Positions 35,987 through 47,776 of a DNA stretch of 64,000 bases are shown here, in pieces. The DNA comes from Cyanophora paradoxa CCMP329 (Eukaryota > Plantae > Glaucophyta). Where the stretch lies: NCBI GenBank assembly GCA_004431415.1, contig QPMI01000247.1:49444-113443 (forward strand). Reading direction: 5' to 3'. Within the stretch, counting starts at the first letter, position 1. Each line of letters starts with the position of its first letter. Under the pieces are notes generated by a model, which was not told where the DNA came from, ran no database searches, and was given only the letters and a program-made list of their open reading frames with translations. The translations under genes and the position numbers were made by a program.

Positions 35987-38900
35987 ATGAGCGCCAGCAG
36001 CTTGGGGCCCGGCGGCCTTCCCGGTGCGCTCCGACCGCTTACTCGAACATTCTAGAACCTTTTTGCTTCTCCTCTCTCTCGCCCCGTCCTTCGCGGTCTC
36101 CTTCGTTTGACTGGTCTTGCAGACGGCATCAGCCCTGCGAGCCTGGCAGATCTGCTACGAGAAACGGACTTGTCGACGCTTGTATCCTTCTATGAGCAAG
36201 TTCAGCCTGGGCCCATGAGCCCGGTTCCGAGCCCGGACGCCGATTTCAGCGAGATCCTCATGCTGGCCGACACGTTCCAGGAGCAGCCCAACTTCGCGCC
36301 AGGCAGCCCGCTCGAGCTCCCCGCATCAGCGACTGCCCCGCATCCCGCAGCGGCGACCCTTCAGCAGCAGCGGGCGCAGCTCCAGCAGTTCCAGGCCCTC
36401 GCCAGCCCGGGCTTCTCGCTGCCGTCCACGCCGCCGCTCCTTTTCGACGACCCGTCGCCGGGACTCATGCAGCAGCAGCAGCCTCAGTCGTCGACTGCTC
36501 AGGCACCGAATGCCGCGTCCATCGCGGCCGCCGCGCAACTGCTGGCTCAGTCGTGCGCCCGCTCGACCCTTCGCGCCTCCAGCCAACTCACCGCCGCGAC
36601 TCCGGCAGGGGCATTCTCCCGAGCGCGTGGGGTGCTCCTGCAGCGCCTCTGATCCCGCAGCAGGCGGCCGCGCCTGCCGCGCCGCAGCAGCGGGAGCCGA
36701 AGCCTTTCTTCACCGACAACCTACCGCCGACGCCCGCGGCCATCCCCGGCAGTCTCCCGTTCGCTCTTCCGCAGCAGAGAACGGGCGCGAGCTCATCCTC
36801 CTCGTCCTCCTCCCCGTCCCCGTCGTCTCCCTCCCTCTCCGGCCCGCCTTCCGCGGCCTCGAGCCCGCAGCTGATGGCGGCCGCCATCGCCGCCGCGGCC
36901 GCCTCCAATGGGCCCAACACCCTCGCCGCCATCCTCGCCAACCCCCAGGCCGCCTCCATCCTCGCCAACTCCCTGCTCGCCGGCGCGCTCGCTTCCTTTC
37001 CCGGCCCCCCGCGTTCTTTTCTGGCGCCTCACACCCCTCGCAGGCAACTCGCCGGCGGTCGCTGCTGCTGCCGCCGCCGCCGCCGGCTTCGGATTGCAGG
37101 GCCCAGCGGCCCCCGCCGCCGTCCAAATGCCGGCCCGGGCCGCCGCGGCCGCCGGCCTCCCCGCTCTTGGCGTCCCGGCCCCGGTCCAGCAGCTCAGCCC
37201 CTTATCCGCCCCTTCCGCCGGCCCGCGGGCCTCGCAGGCCGCTGCTTCCACCCGCGGAGGCTCCACGCCTCGGGGAGGGGACGCCCCTCCCGCCGCCACG
37301 TCGCCTGCCGTCGCGGGGTCCGCCGGGCCCGGCCCCACGACCCGCGCGCGCGCCAGTGGCGCGCCGGCGGCGGCGGTCAGCCCCCTGGCGCAGGCGGTTC
37401 CGGCCCCGGCCGCCGCACCGCCGCCCCCCGAGCGGCGAGCCTCGGCCGCGGCCGCCTCCCGCCGGCGTCCGGCGAAAGAGGAGTCCAGCGAGGAGGACGA
37501 CGATGACGGGTTCTCGGAGCGGCGGGGCGGCGGCGGCGGGCGCGGCTCCTCGCACAACCACGCGCAAGTGGAGCGGAAGCGGCGGGACCTGATCAACGAG
37601 CGCATCTCGCAGCTGAAGAGCCTCGTGCCCGACCTCGTCCACCAGACGCCCAACAAGGCGACCGTCCTCGGGCGCGCCGTGGACCACATGCAGGACCTCA
37701 TCGAGATGAACAAGCAGCTGCAGGTGCGCAGCCCTCGAAGAGGAGGGGGAGGAGGGAGAGGAGGACCCGCCCGCCCGCGTTTTTACCTGAGCTCGCCCCT
37801 GCCGCAGGACGAGAAGGAGAGCCTGGCGGAGGAGCTTGAGCGGCTACGGACGATGTCCCTCGCCTCGGAGGCCGGCTCGCCCGCCGCGCCCACCTCCTCC
37901 TCCTCGGACGCCGCCTCGCCGCCCCAGGCCCAGCAGCCCGGCCCGGGCATCGAGCTCGCCCCGGGCCTCTTCATCCCGGTCCGCCCCCCCGCTTCCACCG
38001 AGCCGCTCGAATGACTGCTCTGACACCCTCGGCGCAGGCGAAGGACGACGCGCTGCTGAGCATGTTCCGGGCGGACGGCGCGGCCGCCCCCGCCGGCGTC
38101 TGGCCCCTCGACAAGGTCACCCTCGCCCAGAACTCCAAGCAGCTCGCGGTGCCCCCCTCCTTCCTTCCTTACCCCTTCCCCCCCGCCACCCTCCCGGCCG
38201 ACGCGCCCCTTTGCGCAGTCGTTCATCGCGCCGGACCTCGCGGTGCCGCACATGTCCCTCAAGCAGTTCATCGCGGCCGCCCTCAAGCTCGCCATGGAGA
38301 ACCTCATCGTCACCGAGTGCGCGGGGCGGGGCCGGGCGGCCGCGTTCTCTCTGCGCGCCGCCTCCTGACGGGCGTGTGGCGGGGGCGCAGCCCGAACCGG
38401 CTGGGGCACCCCATCGTGTACGCCTCGCAGGGCTTCCAGCACATGACGGGGTACAACAAGGAGGAGATCCTGGGCCGCAACTGCCGCTTCCTGCAGGGGC
38501 GCGGCACCGACTCGCAGGCCATCGTGAACATCGGCCAGGCGAGCGAGCGCGCGCGGGGGCGCGCGGGCGAGAGCGCGCGGGCGGGCGGGGGCGCCCATTC
38601 TCTCCGGCTAACGCCGCTGCGCTCAGGCGATCCGGGAGGGGCGGGAGTACCTGACGGAGGTGCTGAACTACCGGAAGGACGGGACGCCCTTCTGGAACCT
38701 CGTCTACATCACCCCCGTCGAGGACCAGGTGGGGGCCCCCCCACCCCGCCCTCCCCGGCTGCCCTTCTCCAGCTCAAGTCCGAACAGACGGGGCGCACGA
38801 CGAACTACATCGGCGTCCAGTTCGACATCACCGCCTCCAAGCCCTCCAACCTCGTCTCCATGGTACCCCCCCCTCTCCGCCCCCTCGCCCCCGCCCCCTT

Positions 38901-39724
38901 CTTCGCTTCTGACGGGCGCGCAGGTCTCCGGAGCGCTGGAGACGAGCCCGCGGGTGGAGATGCTGGGCCCCGCGGGGGCCCCGAAGGCCCTCCCCGAGGA
39001 CGCGACGACGACGAGCCAGCCGGCCAAGAAGCAGCGCGACATGGGCGAGCGGCAGCACATGACGACCGAGAGCGCGCCAAACCAGGCGAGCGCCCGCCCG
39101 CCCGCCCCCGCCTCGCCTTCTGGCCCCCCCCGGCCTGGCGCTCACGCGTACCCCAGGGCCTCAAGAACCTCCTCGCCTCCATCCTCCACCTCTCCATGTC
39201 CAACCTGATCGTCTCCGAGTGCGCCGTACCCCGGGAGACCCGCGGTCGGTACCCCCCTGACGCCCGCCCCCCGGCTCGCAGCCCGCGGCTCCCCGACAAC
39301 CCGATCGTGTACGCGTCGGAGGGCTTCCAGAAGCTGACGGGGTACAGCAAGGAGGAGATCGTGGGGCGCAACTGCCGCTTCCTGCAGGGGCCCGGCACCG
39401 ACGAGAACACGGTGCGGGCCATCCGAGAGGGCCTCAGGCAGAAGGCCCCCTTCCTCGCCGAGATCCTCAACTACCGCAAGGACGGGTACGCCGTTCCGCG
39501 CCGTGCTGACATCCCCCCCCCCTGAATCCCTTGGGTCGCAGGACGCCCTTCTGGAACCTGCTGTTCATCACGCCGGTGCTGGACCCGCAGGGGCAGCCCT
39601 TCAAGCACATCGGCGTGCAGGTGACCGGCCGAGCTTTAGCTCCCGCGCGGCTCTCCTGCGTCATCTTGTTCGTGCCTGACGGGCCTTCCCCTCGCAGCTG
39701 GACGTCACGGACCACCACAGCTAG
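35987..39724 (+). CDS. bHLH-leucine zipper transcription factor fused to two LOV (flavin-binding PAS) domains
   Basis: bHLH HAQVERKRRDLINERISQLKSLVP...NKATVLGRAVDHMQDL plus zipper; LOV1 PIVYASQGFQHMTGYNKEEILGRNCRFLQG...NYRKDGTPFWN...IGVQFDIT; LOV2 DNPIVYASEGFQKLTGYSKEEIVGRNCRFLQG...NYRKDGTPFWN...IGVQLDVT. Exons from the bHLH onward join in frame. Confidence 0.9.
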
Positions 39725-40827
39725 CGAGGAGTCTTTTCGCGCCACGTTTTCCTCCGCTGGCGCCCTGCCAGGGCGCCCGCGCCTGTACCATCGGATGAGT
39801 TTGGACGCTTGTGTTTTGTCATTTCAAGAGTGCAGTGTGAACGTCGTATGCCGTCTTTATGTGTAGCTCTCTTTCTTGTTCGCTTCGCTTGCAGCCGCGC
39901 TAGACCACGGGATTTGAAATACTTGTCGTAGTGTACTTGAATACTATGATACTTCTAATATTCGTCGTGCGATTTCGAGACTCTGAGAGCCGTTTACCGA
40001 CTTCCGAGTTCGGGCTCCGGCCCGGCGGCCCGAGCGAATTTCGCGCGCACGGCCCGGGGGGGCGGTGTGTACATGTTACGGAAAAACTTGACTCAGTGAA
40101 ATTCGCTCGGCCCGGTGGGCCGCGGGCTAAGCTTCAGCCAGCCGCTGAGCCCGGCCGCTCGGCGGATCATGATCATGATCATGATCCGATGATCAGCAGA
40201 AGCTAATCATAAGCTGAGCTGCACTGCGCATGCGGCACGCGCATGCGCATGCAGCTGGCAGCTGATCGAATCAAGGCCCGGGATGCCAGGCCGAGAGATG
40301 TTGAACGTATGAGCCTCGGAGCTCCCTCCAGAGCTGAGAGCCCGGCCGCGGGCCGGAGTCAGGAACCTCAGGCCCCGAGGCCCAAGCTTAAGACCCCCCA
40401 AGCCACCAACGGAGCACTCTGCCCGCCTGGGCCCTTAGCTGCTAGGCTAGGTTGGTTGCACGTGCACTCCGCCGGCCTTGCGAACCCACGACGTTCTTAG
40501 ACCAGTAGATGAAAAAAGGTCCTCGGTGATTGCAACGCTACACTATACGATTACATGATAGTAGTACGCTGTACAAGGAAGCCTCCCGGACTTCTAGATG
40601 TAAGGAAATAAGAAAAGTCCTAGCTACGGTCTAATGGTCCTACGTAATATTCACATACGACCAGGCGGTCCAAAATCATGCGTACGCATGGAGTGAAAGG
40701 AGGGCGGAAAGTACGGAAGATACATGGATAGTACGGACGATACATGGGGATGTAAGCTCGATTCGAGCAGTTGCCTGTTTCGTTGCTTTGACACGCGAGG
40801 GATGATTGCCGCCGTCGCCACGGCGCG

Positions 40828-41610
40828 CTATTCCAGATCGAAGACACCCGCGTTCCCCTCTGCGCATGCGGCGTCGGTTCTGGGGCGGCGGGCGTTGAAG
40901 GGCACACGGCTCGCGCACCAGACTCGGAAGAGTCGTCCGCAGAGCCGCGCGACATCTGACGGTCACGCGGACGCGGGGCCTCCTCCGCCTGTGATGCGAT
41001 GAGCCGTCAGGCGGCGCCGCTTCGCGCTCATCGGTCTTTTAGAGTCTCCTTGGCCTCTGCGTCCGGAAAACTTTGGAGGTAACGACGCACCATCGCAGTA
41101 GCTTCCATCTCCGCAGTGACGCCTGGGATGGTTGGCAGCTTAATCGCCGGCGACTTGGAGAGAGGAGACTCCCGCATCTGCGGCAAAGTCAGGAAGCTGC
41201 CAGCGACGTCGGATAAAGGCGTTCTACCTTCATGAGGAAGTCCTTCGAGTACTTCAAGACTGTACCGCCCGGCGTGGTCGCGTCTGAAGCAACCGGGTCA
41301 GTGATGAGAATCATATCCCAGCCGAAGCCCTAGGAGGCTGGCATGAGAGCTAGATGGCAGAGAATACTCACAGATGCTTCCACCGACGCTGGTGGAGATC
41401 TGCGGGACGCGTCATCCGGTCAGCGACCCAAGGGAGCGTGCAGAATCCGGCGCGCGCGTGGGTCGTGCGCACCTTGGCGGCAACCCGGTTGTCGTGGCCC
41501 GGCTTGGAAGCACCCTGGAACGGGATTGCGCTGCGGATTCCGAACCGAATCAGAGGACGGCGGTTTGAACCTCACCGCGCAATCTTTAAAGTAACGCACA
41601 CGGAGGCCAT
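40828..41610 (-). CDS. EIF4EBP: eIF4E-binding protein (4E-BP), seven short exons, about 113 aa
   Basis: Spliced: MASVAIPFQGASKPGHDNRVAAK|ISTSVGGSIY|ATTPGGTVLKYSKDFLMK|MRESPLSKSPAIKLPTIPGVTAEMEATAM|AEEAPR...SSESE|GNAGVFDLE*. Contains YxxxxLM, TTPGG, IPGVT and a TOS-like FDLE. Confidence 0.92.
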
Positions 41611-42736
41611 GGGCGGGCGGGGAAAGAGCTTGATCAAAAAGATCAAGCAGTAGCTAGGGCAGTCGGGGCTGCTGACTGGCGCAATTCAGGGCGCCTCTTT
41701 GCTCTGGTTTTCTGTGGGTACAGCGGGTTCGTTTCGCCGCAGCGGTATCCAATTAATATTCGAATTCGCATCAAATCAAATCGAATCTCGAGCTCAGCGG
41801 CGCGCCGGCGGCGCGCCGCGGCGGGCCCGCGCCGCGGCCCGCGGCCGCCGGCCGCGGGCGCCGGCGCCGGCGCGCTGCTATAGCGCCAGCGCTCATGCAG
41901 GAGGCCGCCGGGCATGTATGGACACTTCAATCAGCTAGGCTTGCTCGTTATGTATACGTATACCATCATGCCTGAAATGCCGCAGTGCTAGCGCTGTAGC
42001 CGTACGCGTTGCAAATTAACGTTCAACGGTTGGGGCCGGCGCGCACCGCGCGTGCGCGTACGCGTATACGTACATGTGGCGCGCGCGCGCGTAGGAAAAC
42101 GCGCCCTGCGCATGCGCATCGTGGCATATGCCGCGTGCGCGCGTGCAGGTACACGTTAGGTAGCCTAGAAGTGCAAGCGCTGATAGTCACTGAGTACTAT
42201 GATGCGTCGTATACCTGCGCGCGCGCGGCATGCCACGATGCGCAGGGCGCGTTGCCTGCGCGCGCGCGCGCCACATGTACACGTATGCGTACGCGGCACG
42301 CGCGGTGCGCGCCGCAACCGTTGAACGTCAACGGCTGCCGGCGCGGCGCCGGCGCGCGGCGTGCACGTACGCGTGCCGCAGTGCAAACCGCGGCCGACTG
42401 CAGCTGCACGCGCGCAGCTGGCAGCTGCAGATGGACGGTATCACATTGTAGAAATCAGGCTTATGCTCGCGATATATCGATCGGGGCCTCAGGGGCCTCC
42501 GAGTCTCAACGGCTCTAGCGGACGGACTTAAGAGTTCGAAGGGAGAATGAGTGGCAGGGCGCACGGGACCACTGCCGGACTGCCCGCGGCCGAGCCCCGA
42601 GGCTGGAGGTTTCAATCACCGGCCCCGAGCTGGCGCCGGCCCCCGCGCTGGAACCAGCAGGAGCGATGCTACAAGCCCGGGCCCGCGCGCGGGCGCGCGG
42701 CCTGCCAGGCTGGGGAGCCTCGGAGCGTGGCCGCGG

Positions 42737-43930
42737 CTAGAAGAGGTAGGGGACGAAGGCGGCGACGCGGCGGCGGTAGGCGGCGTATGCCGGCCCGAAC
42801 TCGGCCTCCAGCTTCCGGTCCTCCAGCCGGTGCCCTGCGGGGCGCGGGAGAACGCTCAGGCGCGGAGGACCGTTCAGGCGGAGCGGGCGCGCGCTCGCCC
42901 CAGGCGATGTAGGAGAAGGCGCCGAGGAAGAGCGCCAGGTGGTCGTACGTGAAGACGGGCGAGAGCAGGAACTGCGGGGGCCCGGCCGTGCCGGGTTCAG
43001 CTGTATGATTCCCGAGGGGGGGGGTACGGCGTGCGCGCCTGGAGGAGGAAGACGGAGTACATGGGGTGGCGGACGACGCCGAAGAGCCCGTCCGTGACGA
43101 GGCGCAGCTCGCGCCCGTGCCGGGAGCGCTCCCCCGCTGGGGCCCTGAACAGCGCCCCCGTCCCGATCATTTCCATCCCGTCGAACTGCGCCAGCGGGCC
43201 CTGCATGCGGCGTCCGCCTAAGGGGTACGCGGCACCGAGGGCTGGGGGTACGCGCACGCGGAGGAGGCTGAGGGCGGCGCACTTGGCGGCGAGGATGGCG
43301 AGGGTGAGCGCGCGGCTGCCCGAGGCGTCCCAGAGGGCGCCCGGGCAGGACATGAAGGCGCCGCCTGGACGGGATGGAAGGTCAGCCCTAAGCATCGGGA
43401 GCAGAGATTCGAGAGAGCGCGCCGAGGGCGACGATGGCGAGGCCCGAGGCGGCGGCGAAGACGGTGGGCATGGCCTGGGGCGGGACGAGGCGCGCGAGCG
43501 CCGCCTTGCCGCCGGCCGAGGCGAGGCCCGAGTGCAGCGCCCCAAAGAGCGTGAACAGGCCGAAGTTCCACGCGAGCGCGAGGGGCAGGCTGCCCGTCTC
43601 CACACGCCTGCGAGCGCTGTTGCGCGGCTGCAGATCGCCGGGGACCGCAGGCGCGCACCCGATAGCTCTCGTGATGGGCTCCTGTATCGCGCCGACGACG
43701 AGCCGCACGCCGGGGATGGCGGTGCCGCGCGGGCCCTCGAACCCGAGCGCCCAGGTCGCCATCCAGAGCAGCGGGGCCACGCCGAAGAGGAGGTTAACGG
43801 GGAGCCAGAGCGCGACCCCGAGGGGCGACATACGGGCGCTCGGGCCGTGCGCGGCGCCGCGCGCCGGCGCCTCCGCTTGTCTGGTGCCAGCTTGCGGGGC
43901 TGCTGTCGGGCGCCGATGCGCGCCGGACAT
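42737..43930 (-). CDS. Nurim/MddA-like integral-membrane methyltransferase (ICMT/PEMT superfamily)
   Basis: ALAWNFGLFTLFGALHSGLA; LVTDGLFGVVRHPMY; HRLEDRKLEAEFGPAYAAYRRRVAAFVP. Start is either 43930 or about 43831. Confidence 0.8.
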
Positions 43931-44067
43931 GCCGTTTTATAGCTGTTCCCTAAGACGCTGAAACGGGGGATTGCGTCTAGCTGCGGTTGGAGAGAGATCG
44001 AATCCGCTGCTGGCGGTTACTCGGCAGTTATGTGGATGGACGCTCCTGCAGTTTCCTCCGCCGACTG

Positions 44068-44118
44068 GGCCGAGTCCCGGCCGAGCGGGGCCGAGTCCCG
44101 GCCGAGTCCGGGCCGACC
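44068..44118. repeat. Tandem GGCCGAG(TCCC) repeats in the divergent intergenic region between the methyltransferase and LCIB genes
   Basis: ggccgagtcccggccgagcggggccgagtcccggccgagtccgggccgacc. Confidence 0.7.
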
Positions 44119-44362
44119 AGCAGCCGGGTACAGCGTGTGAACCCAGCGAGCTTACCGAGAGGGACCTTACTAAAAGTTACCTCGGCGCCCGTTCCACCAG
44201 CTCGGCGCAGCACAGGACAGCGAGGATAGCAGCGATCGAGGTCCCTCAGGCGTCGGGCGTCGACGCCGTCGGCCCGGCGGCCCGCGAGCACCCGCGACCG
44301 CTGGCGGCGGGCGTTATCTCATCATTGGCGCACCTCGGCTGATCTAGAGTTGATCAGTGACA

Positions 44363-46671
44363 ATGGGTTCAGCCTGCTGCCGGCCGAACACCTTGAACGT
44401 GCAGGTGTGGCCCGAGCCCGCGCGTGACCGGATTCGCTCCCCGCGCGTGCGCGCCTCCGCAAGTCTTAGCTTGCGGATGCTAGCGCGGTCCCTCTGGGCG
44501 CCGGGCTGCGCTCCTAGACCTAAGATTCGCTTCACGACGCCGCCAGAGATGCGGCAGACGGGACTCGGGGTCCCGCCGGCTGCTCCCCTCGCGCGCACAT
44601 CGAATTCTGATCCTCTTCCTTTCCTTTCCTTTTCAACCTATCGCAGCCCGTCGGCGCGCCGGCACAAAAGCAGCACACGCACCATGGCCATGGGCCGCCG
44701 GTTCCGGAGCTTCACATGGAGAACACGACCTCGCACGGAATCCGGTGGGGGAAGGACGTCGAGGATAAGGGCGAAGGGAACAACAGCCACAGGGGGGATC
44801 ACGACCAGAACGCCAGCGGCCACGGGGGGATGAAGTCGTCCCGCAACCTACTCCAGATCCTCCTGTGCGCTCGTACCCCTGCGCCCCGCTCTTCGTTCGC
44901 CTCCGAAGCTGAAGGCGGTACCCTGGCCCCGCAGTCACCAGTACCCCGACTTCCACGAACGGATGTACGACGTGTACCCCAACGCCGTGCTTGGGAAGGA
45001 GTACATCAAGAACACGAGCTCCAAGCTCACGTCCCTCGGCTTTACCCCCAAGGCGGGCGCCGTTCCACTCCCGTGCCCCCGGGCGCCCGCCCCCCCCCCC
45101 TGAACCCCGGCCCCCTCAGAACACCATCCCCTGCATCTGCCTCTGCCGTGACGAGGTGCCTTTCCCCCCTGCCTCCTTCTCCGCAATATCATATATAACG
45201 GCGTGCCCCCAGATCTGCCAGCACTTCTTCCTCGACATCCAGAAGCAGTGGTCAACCAAGAGCGACCTCGGCGCCGTGCGTACCCCGTCCCGCCCCGCCC
45301 CGCCCCTCCCCCCGCCCCGCCCCAGCCGATCGCGCGCGTACCCCGTGCAGTTCAACATGTCGTCGCTGGCGGGCATCATCAACATCGGAAAGACGGGCCT
45401 CAAGGCCGCCGAGTCCCACGCCCCCACCGTGCCCCGCCCCGCCCCCGCCCCCTCTACCCCGCCGCCCCGCTGATCCCGTACCCCGCAGAGGGACGGGACG
45501 GAGCGGTACGTCTTCTACGGGTTCACGCACATCGCCATCGGGGAGGGCGGCGAGATCGGTGTCTGCATCCGCCCGGGCCGCGCCGAGGTGCCGCCCCCGC
45601 CCTCCAGCCCCGCCCTTCCAGCCCGCCTCTCCGGCTCTGACGCCCCTTCAGCTCTCGCACGCGTGCGGGGCGCTGCTGGCCGTCCAGGCCAAGTACCGCG
45701 CGGGGGTGCGCGCGCGTGCCCACCTTTCCGCCCCGCCCCGCCCCGCCCCGCCCCGCCCGTCGCTGAGGCCTAGGGCGGGGCGGGCAGGAGATGACGGGGG
45801 CGCCTGCGATCGACTGGGACGACGTGGAGGCGAGCCTCGTCTGTCGCGCCATCCAGGCCCGCCTCTCCGGCGGCATCGAGGTGCGGGGCGGCCCGGCCCG
45901 CCTCGGGCCTGGCCCGCGCCCCGCCCGACCGCCGCGACCGCCGCCAGGGCTTCACCCCCTCGCTGGAGTCGATCACGGCGGCGGCGTGCGACGAGATCTC
46001 GGACCGCATGGCACGCCTCATCGAGGTCACCACCAAGGTCCGTCCGCGGCCGCCGCCGGCTGGGGCGGGAGCTTGGGGTCGCTGAGTGGCTGGGCAGGAC
46101 CGGGCCTGCAACTACGCGCTCTTCACGGGGGTCCAGATCCACGGGCCCGACGGCAACGACTACGTCCACCCCGCGGTCCGCTCCGGCCCCCGCGGCGCCT
46201 GCGCCTGCGCCGGCGGGCGAGCGAGCGCCGCGCGCAGGCGAGCTACGCGGTGGTGGAGGGCGTGCGGCACGAGATCAGGTTCGACGGGCGCCTGGCCTTC
46301 AACCCCTCCCGCACCTCCCGCTCCAAGGTCCGCCCCCCGAACGAGCCAAGGCCGGGCCGCTGTGGCAGAGCCTGACCCCCTCCCCCCCCTCGACAGTCCC
46401 GCCCGGCCTCGGTCGTGCACTCGGTCGCCGGCTCGCGCGCTGGCTCACCCCCCCGCACCTCCAAGCACTCCCTCGAGGTCCAGGTTCGAGCCCCGCCCGC
46501 TCCCCTTCTTCCCCTCTCTCCGTTCCCTCACGCGGCGCCCCGCGGCCGCAGGACATCGGGACGGACGACCGGGAGCACGAGCACGAGCACGCCACGCCGC
46601 AGGGCGCCGCCGAGAGCGTCACTGTCGTGCAGGCCTTCTCCCCCTCCCCGGGGCCCGACGCCGACCGCTAG
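44363..46671 (+). CDS. LCIB-family (theta-class) carbonic anhydrase-like protein
   Basis: LGFTPK|NTIPCICLCRDE, SLAG..GKTGLKAAESHAP, ERYVFYGFTHIAI, GEIG...RPGR, SHACGAL, YALFTGVQIHGP. Exon 1 MGSACCRPNTLNVQ splices in frame (intron 44405-44646). Confidence 0.9.
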
Positions 46672-47776
46672 CCGCCAGCCGACCGTCGCTCCTTATCGCC
46701 TAGCCCTAGATTATTATATTTTCCTTTTTGCACGGACCTTGGCTTGTTTTGTCCTTCGTGGACATTCTTTGCTCACAGGCTTGTCTTCTTTATAATTACA
46801 TCTTTTCTTCGCTTACAGTCGCTCTTGAATTCCATTTTGCAATGCATTATTATAACGTCTCCAGTATTGTCCTGCAAGCAATGCATATGCGGTGTATTTC
46901 CTGATCATCGGATGTACGCATTATGTAGTTCCTTCTTTTCCGTGCCCGTTCGGTCCGGCCCGGCGGCTCTGACGCGCTCGTCGGACGGGCTCAGATAAGA
47001 TTATGAGTTTCAGTTCTTCTTTCTTTAACTTAGTAATCATTTTGAGTATACATAGCGGTCTTAGTACTAGTGGAGGCTGCTGCGTGAGTTTATTTGATGT
47101 GCTCCGCTTTATTCATTAAAATATAAGCTTTTAATAGAAGTTGCTATGAATGTTCGCCGTTGAACTGCTGCGGCCGTGGCGCCGGCGGAAATTGCAATCA
47201 TCGTGATCAGTCGGCGTTATCGTCGACGTTGCGCGATTGCGGCGCGCAGTCGTTGCGCAACGTTACCCGGCGATCGATATCGTGGCGCGCGGTGAAGTCC
47301 TCGTGAGACGGGTACAGCCGTCTTCCCTCCAAGCTTGCTGCAACCCTGAGCCTCAGAGCCGCTGAGCGCGCAGTCTGGTCGATCCGAGCTCCGAGGCTCG
47401 CAATAGAGGCAACAGAACAATTATCAGAGGCGGTAGCCGGAGCGCGCTTCTTAGATAGCAGGGCTCTGTGTACACGAGCGGCTAGCTGAGCTGCTTTCTG
47501 GAATCCGCAGCTCACAGTCTCTCTGTCTCACACAGAAGGCGCCCGTGCCGCCCCTGCCCCGCCAGCCTGGCGGCGCTCTGATTCTGGCAGCGGCGGCTCT
47601 CTGCCCGCCCCGGCCCGCAGCCCGCACATCTAGCTTAGCTCAGAATCCTGCGGCACTCTCCGCTGGGAAGCCGCCAGGCGCGCAGCGCGGGCCGTGCAGA
47701 GCACATGTTGTGTCGCCCCGGGCGCCAGGAGGCCTCGCGATGACCGCAGCCGGAGCCTAGGCGTGCGGCGGGCGAC

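Noticed and set aside
40541-40560. CACTA pentamer as a possible CACTA transposon terminus (also at about 21045)
   Set aside because: No matching inverted TAGTG end or subterminal repeats were found; a 5-mer is expected by chance.
35987-46671. Functional cluster of light sensor, 4E-BP, methyltransferase and carbonic anhydrase
   Set aside because: Adjacency alone in a compact eukaryotic genome is not evidence of co-function.
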